The notes beneath the pieces are model-generated. The model was not told the DNA's origin, did not search any database, and saw only the letters and a program-made list of their open reading frames with translations. A stretch of DNA of 64,000 bases from Trypanosoma brucei (lineage: Eukaryota). A program made the translations under genes and the position numbers. This document shows positions 8,791 through 19,659 of the stretch, one piece after another (within the stretch, counting starts at the first letter, position 1; the number at the start of each line of letters is the position of its first letter). The stretch spans positions 1,152,001-1,216,000 of the forward strand of contig CP000066.1 in NCBI GenBank assembly GCA_000002445.1, read 5' to 3'.

Positions 8791-10863
8791 CTAGCGACGC
8801 AGTAAGAAGGCGAAGAGTACACCCATTAATGGCACGACGACGATGGCAGCTACCAAGTGAATAGTGATAAGTGGTTTACTCTTCAACCACATCAGCCACA
8901 TTCCTCCTTGTGGTGCGGGAAACAACAACAAACTCTTGTTCTTCGGCAGAGCCAACGTCTCTTCCGCGTTGCAACGCACCACACCACTCCCAAACCCGCT
9001 GCTCGTGGAAAGATCGCTTGCCCTCTCCACAGCGCGGCACGAGCGCCGACTATTTTCACCGTTACCATACGATACAACAGTTGATTGATCTCGGCATTCA
9101 TGGAATGGTAGAGCAGAAACCACGACGTTCTGCGCAATATCTGCGGTCAATACATCATTTAGTGACGAAACAGCGACGGAAGAGATGGGCTCACGGTGCA
9201 ACGCTGGTAGCCACTTGGCCCCTCGCCGCTCCTTTGGTGGACGGAGTGTTCGCGTTTGAAAGCTACCGTTATCACTATATGAAACGGCTGCAAGCGCCCC
9301 GTCGACTGTTCCAACGAGCCAGTTGTGGGGGATGGCGGTTCCAACTCCCTCCCCTCGCATAGCAGCCCCGTCTGAGCTCTCCCTACAATAATAGCAGGGG
9401 CTGATGGAAGTAACGCCATCATTCACCACAGGTGATGGTTCGGGTGAGAAGTACACGCGCAACGCGAGCCTCCTTCGCCTGGTTCTCCCCACGTCGTTCG
9501 CAGCACATGACTCATCAACGACACCACAAGGGAGTTCAGAAGCGTTTGTTGCAGCAACATCATCGCAAGGGGAAGATGTGCTAACCACCCGAGCCGACAG
9601 CATGTACGACTGGTTGCTCATGACATTGAAGACAACGAGAACAATCCTAGCCACTAGCATCTCCCCGCGCACACCCTCCTCGCAATGTAGGCGACGGGCC
9701 CGTCTCCACAATTCACTGGCTACACAGGGCTTGACGTTTTCAACCCCAAACAACTGCACTATTCGCATTGACGATTTCATCAACGAAAAAGGAATACGGC
9801 AATCCTTTCCAGTGAGCACACAAAAATCATCAAGCCTCGTACCAACACGTCTGCTCTCGCTCCGCCTGCTGCTCCAGTCAACCCCACCGCCGATGGAAGC
9901 GGCCAGCTCAGATGCCGTGGTCGAGACCAATCTTTCGTGTATTTGCAACTTCATGGCGGACAATCGAAGCGTTTTGTCCTGCACAAGAACTGCGATGATT
10001 AGATAATCGGAGTATCGCTGGTACCCTTTCGCCCCGTCCTTGGTTTTACTTTTTTTGGGCACAAAGAAACGGTTGGCGTGAAGATCATTGACACGAGCTG
10101 GAAGCGACCAGCTGGCGAGGGGTTCTACGCTCTCCACTAGTGAAGGCGATATTCCCGGCGATGATTGCTTATAATCAGGTGTGCTGCCCCCGCACGTACC
10201 TTCATTACCACTGAGTTCGCCACTGCCAGTTGATAGCGGCTTCCGTAGTAAAGAAGAAAGCTCATACACCAAAATCCCTTCCTCATCGTGGGCAACAACG
10301 ACAGCACCTTGGACGATTGCAATAGGCTTCTTGTCTGGGTTCTTGGGGTCAGCGGGAACACTAACACGGGCCTGTCGCCTTAAAGTGAGGCCCTTTGTTT
10401 CAGGGTCCCTCCACACATCAATCAGCGTAAAGCACGTAATGTGACTAATCGCCAGATAGCCCAATACACCCTCCGACAACTTGGTTTTGTCATTGCACAT
10501 CAAAAAGGACGATGCGCACCAAGGTATATCCCCTTCCAAGTCAATGGCTGTGACAAAACTCCACGGCCTCGAGGGCAATTGGTCCTCCCGCTTTGCCTTT
10601 ATTGAATCCTCATCGGGGCCCTGGAGGGTGCTAACGGAAACAATGGCGAGCAAATTGGCCATACCAAACCGCCTGCCTCCTCCTCCCGCTCCAACAACGG
10701 CATAGCGGTCGTCCAACCACCGCGTGAAGTACACAGGCGAAGGGAACTGCATACAATTGGCAGCCTTCCCAGACGCCGCCACAACATCCGCTGCTGAAAG
10801 TGAAGGGGGCCCCTCGCTACTCATTGTTTCCGAGGACGGAAATACCTTGGTGTCCGCGTTCAT
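8791..10863 (-). CDS. Hypothetical 690-aa protein with a C-terminal transmembrane anchor; candidate Sec12/PREB-like Sar1-GEF (beta-propeller type-II membrane protein)
   Basis: True ATG (atgaacgcggacacc). A near-N-terminal GAGGGGRRFGMAN motif resembles the Sec12-family GGGGxxxxG-phi-xN signature. A single hydrophobic segment sits at the extreme C-terminus (ITIHLVAAIVVVPLMGVLFAFLL) followed by RR. Length and topology fit Sec12. This is an inference, not a verified match. Confidence 0.4.
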   Translation of the reverse strand: MNADTKVFPSSETMSSEGPPSLSAADVVAASGKAANCMQFPSPVYFTRWLDDRYAVVGAGGGGRRFGMANLLAIVSVSTLQGPDEDSIKAKREDQLPSRPWSFVTAIDLEGDIPWCASSFLMCNDKTKLSEGVLGYLAISHITCFTLIDVWRDPETKGLTLRRQARVSVPADPKNPDKKPIAIVQGAVVVAHDEEGILVYELSSLLRKPLSTGSGELSGNEGTCGGSTPDYKQSSPGISPSLVESVEPLASWSLPARVNDLHANRFFVPKKSKTKDGAKGYQRYSDYLIIAVLVQDKTLRLSAMKLQIHERLVSTTASELAASIGGGVDWSSRRSESRRVGTRLDDFCVLTGKDCRIPFSLMKSSMRIVQLFGVENVKPCVASELWRRARRLHCEEGVRGEMLVARIVLVVFNVMSNQSYMLSARVVSTSSPCDDVAATNASELPCGVVDESCAANDVGRTRRRRLALRVYFSPEPSPVVNDGVTSISPCYYCRESSDGAAMRGEGVGTAIPHNWLVGTVDGALAAVSYSDNGSFQTRTLRPPKERRGAKWLPALHREPISSVAVSSLNDVLTADIAQNVVVSALPFHECRDQSTVVSYGNGENSRRSCRAVERASDLSTSSGFGSGVVRCNAEETLALPKNKSLLLFPAPQGGMWLMWLKSKPLITIHLVAAIVVVPLMGVLFAFLLRR

Positions 10864-11486
10864 TGTTGTGAATGATACGATAGGGAAGAAAGCAAAAAAA
10901 AAAAAGAGAGAGAGAAGTGCTGGAGGCAGCGGACAATCACAACCGAAGAAACCGGCACTGAATTCAAGAGGTTTTAAAAAGCCAGCGGCAGTTTCGGTGA
11001 ATGTCCAGGGGAAGCAGGAATTATTAAATCCGCGACGTCTCCACCAAAAGGGGCTGCGATGCCCCGCCTAAGTTTCATATATAATTTTTTTTTTGACTCC
11101 CCGCAAAATAGGAACACAGCTCAACGTGGCGCCACTCACATTACGTCCACGTGTTCCGGGGGCAAGCAACAGCCAGAACAGCCCCAGCTGGAAAGCGAAA
11201 GAGTTCTTCCTGACGTCGAAGCCCAAACAAGAACAAAGGAGGCGACAGCGCTCCGCACAAAAAAGGAGAGGCACGTACATATACTTATGTATCTGCATGC
11301 ATATGCACGGAAGTAGAAAGGGAAACACCTGCATGTCCAGACGTAACCAAATGCATAACTCCTTTTGTCATGCGCACTTCCGCCCAGTTGTAACCCCTAG
11401 TCACATTCTTCCCTTCTCCTCCACCGTTGCTGCCACTCAACTCCATCCGTGTCTTAGTCCCCACGAACATATCAAGCCCAGGCGAT

Positions 11487-12068
11487 TTAATTCACCCTCC
11501 ACCGATAGTTGAAACGATCGTTATGAATCTGCTTCATCGTCGCAACGTGCTTTGGTACGACATTAACCATTGGGAGTGCACGCACCTGCCGGCGGACCGC
11601 CGCAGACTTCCGCTCCCGGGCCACATTATCTGTTGCATTCCAAGGATCCCCAAGTGCCGCATTCACTGCTGCCTGCCCATACGTGTTCACCAGACGCGCT
11701 TGATCCTCCAGGACCTTCATTGTCTTGAACTGCATGAATGCAATAAACGACTTTTGCAATCTCCGGTGCCAGCGGCGCCGGAGCATCTCCCCCTCGCGTA
11801 GTTTGCACTCCGTTGAGTTCGATTTTTCCTGATATGAGCGGAACAACTGAAAGTGACGCAGCCGTGAGTGGTGCACGTAATGCATGATACGTCGATCCAC
11901 CAGCGTTATTGGCTCATTGGGCCGCACTTCCTCAACCATCGGCGTGCGCCCGTAGAAGTGACTGATACCACCGTGAGCACCCTTCCACTTACTGTACTTC
12001 ATAGTTCCCATCGCCTTGCGGTGGTACATCATGTAACCACCCAACCATAGGCGGGTTGTGTGGAGCAT
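11487..12068 (-). CDS. Hypothetical basic protein (about 193 aa from the first ATG; the track ORF begins at a GTG at 12119)
   Basis: The ORF is on the same strand as its neighbours and is rich in Arg/Lys/His. The ORF-track start is GTG (gtgtgttctgttgac), so I place the start at the first in-frame ATG (MLHTTRLW...). No recognisable domain. Confidence 0.35.
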   Translation of the reverse strand: MLHTTRLWLGGYMMYHRKAMGTMKYSKWKGAHGGISHFYGRTPMVEEVRPNEPITLVDRRIMHYVHHSRLRHFQLFRSYQEKSNSTECKLREGEMLRRRWHRRLQKSFIAFMQFKTMKVLEDQARLVNTYGQAAVNAALGDPWNATDNVARERKSAAVRRQVRALPMVNVVPKHVATMKQIHNDRFNYRWRVN

Positions 12069-12409
12069 GGTGCCGATAATTATCACTTTTAAAACTGCAC
12101 ACGGGTCAACAGAACACACAACGGCGCCCGTGAAGTGATTGACACCGAGGAACCCCCAGCTATCCTGGTGTGTTACTGAGTCGTGGTTTGAGTTTGAGCG
12201 GTGATTAATGAAAAGAACAGAAGGTAGAGTAAGTAAACCAAGTCGGGCAGTACCAATTTAAAAACGCGAGTGGGGTAAAAGCGAGGCCACGCAAACAGCA
12301 TCCCAGAGTGTGCTGCAGGGGGATACTGGTGTTTTTTTTCTTCGCAAATTGTTATCCTTACGCGGCCCACACCAATTCCATTGTAACGGCCACTCCATGA
12401 AACCTTGTG

Positions 12410-14095
12410 TTACTGTCTGGTGAGTTCACAAACCGCAGCCACATAATAAAACGTTGTTATATCCCTTTCCTCCGTGGCACCCTCCTTCTCCTCCACCTCA
12501 CAGCCATGTGGGAGGACGACCATAAGCACGATGGCGTAGTAACTCGTCAACTGGTTCCACCGGTTATTGCAGAGCCAGTGCACATACGCCTCCTTCCGAC
12601 CTCCGCTGTTGATATTCTTTTGCCAACCCTTTACAATCGCGGCTGCGTGAGACGCAAGGGGATCCACGCCTATGACTTCGCTATGAGCGGCTGCCCCATC
12701 ATCGACAGCGACATCTTCGATTTCTTCCACTTTTATTTCTGCATTCTTTTTATTTTTCATCTGTTGTCTAATTGAAGCACTGGTGCGAATCAGGGATATC
12801 ACCTGGTCCGCCTCCCCAGTTAGCACACCAAAGCAGCAATGCCGACCAGCAAGGTCCATTAACTCCTCTTGTACAACTTGCTCTTGACCACTTCCCGATA
12901 CGTCGTAGTGATGGGGGTCCAGATCGCTCGGGGAAAAATACAAAGAAGGCGGTAACCTTCCGATCGAGTGCGAGTCATCTTCCTTCGCCACCAGATGCGG
13001 TATAAACGGGCGTTGGCGTCCATCGGACACGCGAATGGAGCGCAGGAACGGCGGTAACCCAAAAAACTCGGCAACGTGCAGGAGACGCGCTAGCGCTTCC
13101 GCACGGTCATATTTTTGTAAAATGTAGGCTCCAGAGGAAATGCGTAGCGGCATAACGAATGGCGAGCCCCAAGACTCACCGCACGGTACACACTCATTCA
13201 CTTTCTCCAGTAAGTTCCTTACCACATCTTGTTCTCCCTGGCGCATGGCACTCACTTCAGGCATGGGCTCCACAAAGTCGATCTGGCCTGCTGATGGACC
13301 GAAGAGTAATTTTGCAACTTCACCTTTCGTACCTACACGGCGTAGCGCGGGAACCAAGCGAAGGTGGAACTCCCGCATTTGCTGTAAGCGTCTCAAGCAT
13401 TCTAGACGTCTGCGTAAAGCACACGGACTTGTTGGTAGCAATTCTGAAGCTGTACTATTGATGGTGCCAGTACGACCTCCATGAGTAAGCAATATGGAAA
13501 ACTTCATTGGAACCGCAGCCTCCGAAAGCTCCACTAGCTTACGCACCAACCTCCAGCGTTGATGGGGTGGGAGAGTTACCGGTACCCCGTTATTTTGAGT
13601 GAGGCTCCTGCCACCTTGAAGACCGTTTTCCACGTAAATGGTAGGCTGTAAAAGCCATGTGGCATCCACGAGAGCCTGTACAGCTACCAGTAGCCGATCC
13701 TCCGTGAGGGCTGAAAACGGGAAGCGCGGCTCTCCCGACATGAAGGGCAATAATTGATCCACCTCTACAAGTGTTCCAATGTTGGCTAAAGACTGCACCA
13801 AAATAGCTGGTCTGCACATACCGCGCCAGAGGTTCACTTCTGGTGCTGTCGGAAGAATGTGTAGGCGGTTTCCCCGCGGCTGTTGTTTCCCGACAGGGGA
13901 TGGTTGTACGCCCACGGCACCTGCAGCCCCCGACCTTTTCCCAGATTGCGGCATAACATCCGAATTTTGACGACCGGATGCCTTCCATGGAGCTGCAGCA
14001 GACGGTACCTTCTTGCTATGGCGCTGCACCGGTGGCTTCACATTGGATGACGCCACAGACTGCTTCTTTGATGCTGCAGGCCGCCGCCGTACCAT
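12410..14095 (-). CDS. Hypothetical conserved protein, 561 aa
   Basis: Long ORF on the transcribed strand with a true ATG (atggtacggcggcgg = MVRRR) and a basic N-terminus. I recognise no family. Confidence 0.55.
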   Translation of the reverse strand: MVRRRPAASKKQSVASSNVKPPVQRHSKKVPSAAAPWKASGRQNSDVMPQSGKRSGAAGAVGVQPSPVGKQQPRGNRLHILPTAPEVNLWRGMCRPAILVQSLANIGTLVEVDQLLPFMSGEPRFPFSALTEDRLLVAVQALVDATWLLQPTIYVENGLQGGRSLTQNNGVPVTLPPHQRWRLVRKLVELSEAAVPMKFSILLTHGGRTGTINSTASELLPTSPCALRRRLECLRRLQQMREFHLRLVPALRRVGTKGEVAKLLFGPSAGQIDFVEPMPEVSAMRQGEQDVVRNLLEKVNECVPCGESWGSPFVMPLRISSGAYILQKYDRAEALARLLHVAEFFGLPPFLRSIRVSDGRQRPFIPHLVAKEDDSHSIGRLPPSLYFSPSDLDPHHYDVSGSGQEQVVQEELMDLAGRHCCFGVLTGEADQVISLIRTSASIRQQMKNKKNAEIKVEEIEDVAVDDGAAAHSEVIGVDPLASHAAAIVKGWQKNINSGGRKEAYVHWLCNNRWNQLTSYYAIVLMVVLPHGCEVEEKEGATEERDITTFYYVAAVCELTRQ

Positions 14096-15016
14096 ATAAC
14101 TTCGTAGGGGTCTCTACGCATTAACAAGGGTGATTGCAGTTTTTTTTTTAAAAAATGTGAGGGGATAACATCGCGAAACGGAAAAGACCCATAAATGAGG
14201 ATTACGAGACGGAGCACCATGAACCAAATTGTCTTCGAATAGCTGAGGCAAACACAAAAAGTTGCGGTTTCGCTCGAAGAGGAGGGGATGGGGGGAACAG
14301 CCGAGGAAACAAAATGGCAACAGTTTCCACGAAGCGTAGTCAACAGAGCTCACAAGGATGTGAGGGGAAACCGTCAATGGGCAATACCCTCTCTGAGACG
14401 CACACGCACACGCAAAGGCACACATCTAAAGGCGTGTTTTTGCTCCCTCAAGTGTAGGCAAGCGTTATTAGTGATGTGGCTGCGACTATCGACACACAGG
14501 GAAGAGGAGGGAAAAAAAAACACGATGTAGACATTTGCCCTATTGGCCATTTTAGTTTTCCCCTCTCATTCTTCGGTTTCATTCACCACTCAAACTCGGC
14601 GGCAACTTAGCCGACATTTTCCAACTCTAGACTTTCCAAATGGCCGCAACGGTTAGGCACATTTACTGCACTCACTGACTGAAACGAGGTTAGAAAAGGG
14701 GGAAAAAAGAGAATAACATCAGTGACAACGACAACAACTAACCTTCCTCCCCCACCCCCAAAAAAAGAAAAAGAAAATGTTGAAAATTTATACATACATA
14801 CAAACACAAAGCCCAGTTACTCCTCCCCTCCTTCTGTGCTCTCCAATAAGTCCCGGTCATTTCTTCTTTTCTCTTTTAACCCTCTCAGAAGAGAGCAGAG
14901 CGTGACAGCAAGCAAACAATAATAAAAATGAATAAACAAATAAATAAACGGAGAAGTTTAGCACAACAGCAAAACAATGCCACTAATATTTATAAACAAA
15001 CCCAGGAGGGCTTTCC

Positions 15017-16369
15017 TCAGCCCAGCAAATAACGCTTCACCAATTCACACCCACGCGTACGGATTGCATAGAGCTGCAGCACCCAATACAAACCGTCTCG
15101 CACCCTCCTATCCTCCCGTGCAACGCCGCCACCACAACCCATTGAACCCTCAATATCATCCGGCAGCTCAACACCACTGCACCAACTTCCAAAAAACTGT
15201 GGAACCACAACCCATACAAATTGCCCATCCCCAGAGAAGAAACACGACTGCAAGCCGCAGTGTTTGATGCACCCACCAGTAGTGCTGAAGGAGTTAGAAG
15301 AATTTCCGCGCCCGCTGTTTTGTGTAACGGTGGCTTGCGCAAAGCTTCGCAGCTCCGCACCACCGTCTGCTGAGGCAGCGGGACAGGCTGGCTGCTCCGA
15401 CAACTCATCGCAATCAGCGCTACCACAACGAAATACGTGCAATGTCCCGCGGCTGCTCAGAGCGGCGAGCTGGCGGCCGTTTGAACGACCCGTTGAGTCA
15501 AACGCGAGAGAATGTATGCGCGCCTTCGTCACGCCGCGACGGAACACAAAAAGTAACCGTGCACTCGGTATTTCAAACACCTTCACCGTTGTGCCGCGGG
15601 AAGAAGCTGTTGCCAGCCGGCTTCCATCGCGCGTCATAGCGAGACACACAATTGGGCCCCGGTGCGCCTGCACGATTGCCACGCGCTCTACAGAAGGGCT
15701 GCGACCGCCATGAGGCTCAGTGTTTGGTTCCACCTTGCCGCCTAACCGCTTTCCACAAACCTGAGCAACCCACACATCCCCGAGTCCGTTGTCAGACTGC
15801 GGATACGCTAAATAAGTTACGGGCTCCCCGCGCGGGTCCATCGTGGGTTCGGAGAGTTGAACCAACCCACTGGGGTTGCGAGGCTTAGTGGTGCTTAATT
15901 TCGCCAGATGCCGCAGCGTGGCCAGGTCCATAACATGCACACAATCCTCTAGAATTACAACTAGCAGCTCGCTGTTCATACGCACACCCACAACAGCCGC
16001 CTCAAAGCTCGCGGTGGCGATAACTTCATCTGCGCAGACATCGTAAAGTTGGAGAGCGCGTGGTGTTGTCATTACTCTCCCCTCTTCTCCTCCTCTTCCT
16101 TCCCCCATATTGTCAGACCTCCAACTACCGGTCACCCCACCACAACTCAGAACAAATGCAATGAGAGGAGTTTCACCAAGTACTGCTACAACACCAGGAA
16201 TGCCGTCCACTTTACGACAGCTTTGAACCGTTGATGCTTCACCGGCGGCGGGGATCAATTTCCGTGGAGATTTTCCCACGTCAAGGTGATACCCACGGAG
16301 TCCATCACGACAACCAAGCAACAGAAAGGCTCCACCAGCACTCGAGGCCAACGCGCAGACGTCGCTCAT
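15017..16369 (-). CDS. WD40 beta-propeller protein of the PROPPIN family (Atg18/WIPI-like phosphoinositide effector)
   Basis: True ATG (atgagcgacgtctgc). It contains LLFVFRRGVTKARIHSLAFD...GTLHVFRC, matching the PROPPIN hallmark FRRG motif plus flanking WD-like strands. At 450 aa it is the right size. Confidence 0.6.
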   Translation of the reverse strand: MSDVCALASSAGGAFLLLGCRDGLRGYHLDVGKSPRKLIPAAGEASTVQSCRKVDGIPGVVAVLGETPLIAFVLSCGGVTGSWRSDNMGEGRGGEEGRVMTTPRALQLYDVCADEVIATASFEAAVVGVRMNSELLVVILEDCVHVMDLATLRHLAKLSTTKPRNPSGLVQLSEPTMDPRGEPVTYLAYPQSDNGLGDVWVAQVCGKRLGGKVEPNTEPHGGRSPSVERVAIVQAHRGPIVCLAMTRDGSRLATASSRGTTVKVFEIPSARLLFVFRRGVTKARIHSLAFDSTGRSNGRQLAALSSRGTLHVFRCGSADCDELSEQPACPAASADGGAELRSFAQATVTQNSGRGNSSNSFSTTGGCIKHCGLQSCFFSGDGQFVWVVVPQFFGSWCSGVELPDDIEGSMGCGGGVAREDRRVRDGLYWVLQLYAIRTRGCELVKRYLLG

Positions 16370-18159
16370 GCGTGAAAGTACCCCTCAGTTCCCGTTTGCC
16401 GAAGTCTGCACGCTACGTTGTGCTTCGGGAAGGGAAATGACATTTTCGGCATGCGGTAAAGCAACAGTAAAAAGAAAAGAAAAGAACACAACAAAAGAAT
16501 GATAATTACAAAGGCAATATAGAAAGATAGTAAAAGGGAAGCCTAAGCACGTGACACCCTCATTGCAGAGCGCAAAAAAAAAAAAAGGTGTATGCCACGA
16601 AAATGAGGTTCACAGAATTTCCTCACCCTCCCTCCTCCTTCGTTCAATTATACTTACCACCTCTTCTCTTATTTTGCCCATCTGGTCGATTAGATGGTAC
16701 TATATATATATATAATCGGTACTAACCTTATTTATTAGATATCGAGAGAGAGCTGACGACACAGCGACAGTAAAGTTGACTCAAACGACAGCAGACAATC
16801 TAAAACTGTTCCCGCCTTCGTTTTCCTTTCCTTCTGCTGTTTCCATTTTCTTTTCCTCTTTTCATTTCCGTATGATTAACAATTTTTTTTTAAAAATTAA
16901 AACTAGTGTTATTCGTTTCCCTAACAGTCACAAGCTCTTCTTTTCCTCTGTGAATCGTATCTGACCTCAGCTACCTCTTTTTTGTGTCCCCTTCCCCCAT
17001 TGACGCCTGCCCCCTCCCCACTCCAAATGCATTTTAGACAGTAAGTAGGAAAAGAACAATGACACCAACAAACATGACGGCTGCCGGCAGCAACAACAAA
17101 AACCAACAAAAACCAACAACAATAATAATAATGATAATAATAAAATTAAAACAGCGCTAACGATGAAGCAACAAAATAGGAAACTTCAGTGCTTCATCAC
17201 ATGCGCAAAACATCTCATCATTCCCACTCCCTCTCGCCCCCGTCAAGACATACTCCCCTAACCTTATTAGTGGTAATCCCGTCGTCTCCCTTCCCTTCCA
17301 CTTGGAACAAAATATAAAATTGACACGTGACAACACTTCCGGGATGTAAGTGAAACAAACCAATAAAAACAATGCAAAAATGAAAATAAAAATAAAAATG
17401 AGATGAGATGAAAGAACTAAACAAAAAAGGGGGGTAAACAAATGAAAAGAACTGCGGGTACCACCTTTCAACCGCTAGGAAATTGTTGGTAAAGACGAGC
17501 AAAGCCGAAAAACAGAAAAGAAAAAGAAAGAAAACGCCAGCACTGACCAAAGGTGAGAACGAATCATCATCAAAACAGGACGGGATATGGGCAGACACAT
17601 TTTCTGAGTGCAGCCGGTGGAGTGCTCACCCACGAACAAAAAGAAAAGAAAAAAAAAAGAAACATCGCAAAAAACAATAACAACGTGCGATCATACATTC
17701 CTTGCACGGCACAACCTGTTATCCTTTCCCCCCTTTTCCTTTTTTTTTTACTCTGCTTCAAGCGTGATCAAAAAGTCTACGTGCGCACCAACATAAATTC
17801 TCCCCCTTTCAGCGTTTACTGTTTTTTTTCCTTCTCCTGCGCGGAAGATGGGGATACGGCACGAGAAATGTGCTTTGTGTAACATTCACTACCTACATAT
17901 TTTTAAATAAATATATAAATATACCTGTTTATGTTCATCTTTAATAGGTTCTCGGCCCTTTATGTCGTTTCCTCTTTTTTCCCCCCCTTCTGCGACCGCC
18001 ACAGAGACGGAGGAGAGTACCGTACTCAAGTGGGAAGGGTAATGTAACGTGCAGCAGCAGAAGCAAAGCGAAGGAACAAGTGCTTACTGGTACCTGACGA
18101 AACTTCCACTGTCTCGCACCCGCAATGTATTTTCACACCGCCTCGGTTCCAGACAACTC

Positions 18160-19125
18160 TTATAACTGCGGCGGGTTCTCGAACAACAAATTTGCTGCTC
18201 GTTCAATGCTTCGCTTTGCCTTGAAGAAGGCTACTTTACACTGCTCTCGTGTGAAACCTAGCTGCATCAATTGTTCAATCTTTTCCTCTTCCACCTCCGT
18301 AGGAACACGGTCCAAATAGCGTTGCGTCTCACTACCATCTTCATCCTGCTGCTCAACAACAGCTTCATCATCCAAGTCACTTGCTGCTGCCAAAAACTGT
18401 GACATTACTTCCTCTAACATTTCTTCGTCAAATTCTTCATCCTCTTCCGTTGTCATCACGCCCTCTTCTCTGTCCCGCTGCAGCTCCTCAAAAAAGTTGT
18501 CATTACAGACAAGGTCGAGAAAGGCCTGGCGGTTTTTGGCTATGAGTTCCAAAAGCACCGGATCGTCCGCACTAATTTGCCGTAACACCCCTTCCGGGTC
18601 GGCGAGAAAACGCTGCCGCATCTCAATGAGGTTTGGAACCTCGAAGAGGCGTGCGAGCATTGCCTCCTGACCATCGTCATCATCATCATCATCATCACTT
18701 CCATCACTTCCATCATTCTCATCAAACTCACTTTCCTCGTCCCCATCGGCTTCTTCCGTCCCGCTCTTCTCAACGCCAGTGACGGCTTCAGAATTCCCTT
18801 CCATAGTTCCTGCTGTGGTTGGTGGGGGCGGTACTGCAGATCCATTTTCCTTTGATTTCCCGCTCCCGCTCCCACTCTCCTCTCGCTCATGCTTCGCTAC
18901 CACCGTAATGGTGTCACCATCCTGAATACCAATATTGCGCAGTAAACGTTTATCGTCATTGAGGTCGAAAGTGGCATGCTGCAAGCGAAAACTACCTAAT
19001 GGAAGGCGGAAGTTTATTGCGATGACGGTGCGCAAGTTGTTGAGTGTTGCTTCGGGGTTGGAAATTGTGAGTTCCTTCGTGTTATTACCCGACCCCCCAC
19101 CACCGAGTTTCGCTATCAGCTTCAT
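18160..19125 (-). CDS. UBL-UBA ubiquitin receptor/shuttle factor (Rad23/Dsk2-like): N-terminal ubiquitin-like domain, central XPC-binding/STI1-like helix bundle, C-terminal UBA
   Basis: I start at ATG 19125 (MKLIAKLGGG...), because the upstream part of the track ORF is an F/L/S-rich translation of a polypyrimidine tract. The UBL is ...ISNPEATLNNLRTVIAINFRLPLGSFRLQHATFDLNDDKRLLRNIGIQDGDTITVV. The central segment is LFEVPNLIEMRQRFLADPEGVLRQISADDPVLLELIAKNRQAFLDLV, like the Rad23 XPCB domain. The C-terminal UBA is EEKIEQLMQLGFTREQCKVAFFKAKRSIERAANLLF. There is a poly-Asp tract. Confidence 0.65.
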   Translation of the reverse strand: MKLIAKLGGGGSGNNTKELTISNPEATLNNLRTVIAINFRLPLGSFRLQHATFDLNDDKRLLRNIGIQDGDTITVVAKHEREESGSGSGKSKENGSAVPPPPTTAGTMEGNSEAVTGVEKSGTEEADGDEESEFDENDGSDGSDDDDDDDDGQEAMLARLFEVPNLIEMRQRFLADPEGVLRQISADDPVLLELIAKNRQAFLDLVCNDNFFEELQRDREEGVMTTEEDEEFDEEMLEEVMSQFLAAASDLDDEAVVEQQDEDGSETQRYLDRVPTEVEEEKIEQLMQLGFTREQCKVAFFKAKRSIERAANLLFENPPQL

Positions 19126-19549
19126 TGGTTTATTGGTTGCGCGCACACGGGCACGCTTTACCGCTCCTCTACTAAACGGAATTATATTCAAACACAAAAA
19201 GGAAAGGAAGAGAAAGGAAAGAAAAGGAAAGGGAGGCAAAAACAAAGAAAAATTGTATGGTAAGCCTTGGCATACACCCACAGTAGTGACACACCGCCTG
19301 AAGACGATAGAAAGAATTGCGCGGGGAGGTGGTAGAGAATTGACAGACTGACAAACGGGTGAAAAATGGAAAAAATGAACAAACAGGGTCTACAGCGAGA
19401 GGAACGTATAATACCAGCGTGTGATGAGGAGGGAAAAGAGGGAAAATAAAGCAGCACAAGGTAAACGCGTGCACACAAACCTCTCTAAAAGAGGAGGGAT
19501 GAATCTGTTAATGGAGTGAGTTTGATTCCGTGCCATTTCAACGTACAAG

Positions 19550-19550
<1 letters not shown>

Positions 19551-19587
<37 letters not shown>

Positions 19588-19588
19588 T
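19551..19588. repeat. (CA)7(TA)12 compound microsatellite
   Basis: cacacacacacacatatatatatatatatatatatat is read directly. Similar (TA)n/(CA)n tracts occur at about 21090-21110, 23545-23570, 37738-37774, 44385-44400, 46610-46630, 49355-49375, 49825-49845, 50463-50496 and 50637-50660. Confidence 0.9.
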
Positions 19589-19659
19589 AAACGTGCTTGC
19601 CTTCTGAAGCTGGGACCATGTGCTTCACTCCGCCAAGAGGCGACATCAAACTCGTCAGC

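Noticed and set aside
9404-10006. 200-aa plus-strand ORF and other ORFs overlapping the 690-aa gene (8871..9362 +, 10181..10444 +)
   Set aside because: They are antisense to the longer ORF on the cluster strand and have Ser/Thr/Pro-rich low-complexity translations.
15264-15888. 149-aa and 78-aa plus-strand ORFs opposite the PROPPIN gene; 129-aa minus-strand alternate-frame ORF 15037..15426
   Set aside because: They are antisense or overlapping-frame artefacts of a GC-rich coding region.
16560-16760. TACTAAC-like sequence near a (TA)n tract (gtactatatatatatataatcggtactaacc), as a possible cis-splicing branch point or intron
   Set aside because: cis-Introns are extremely rare in kinetoplastids. 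There is no flanking ORF pair or GT...AG with coding continuity, so this is most likely a chance match in AT-rich spacer.
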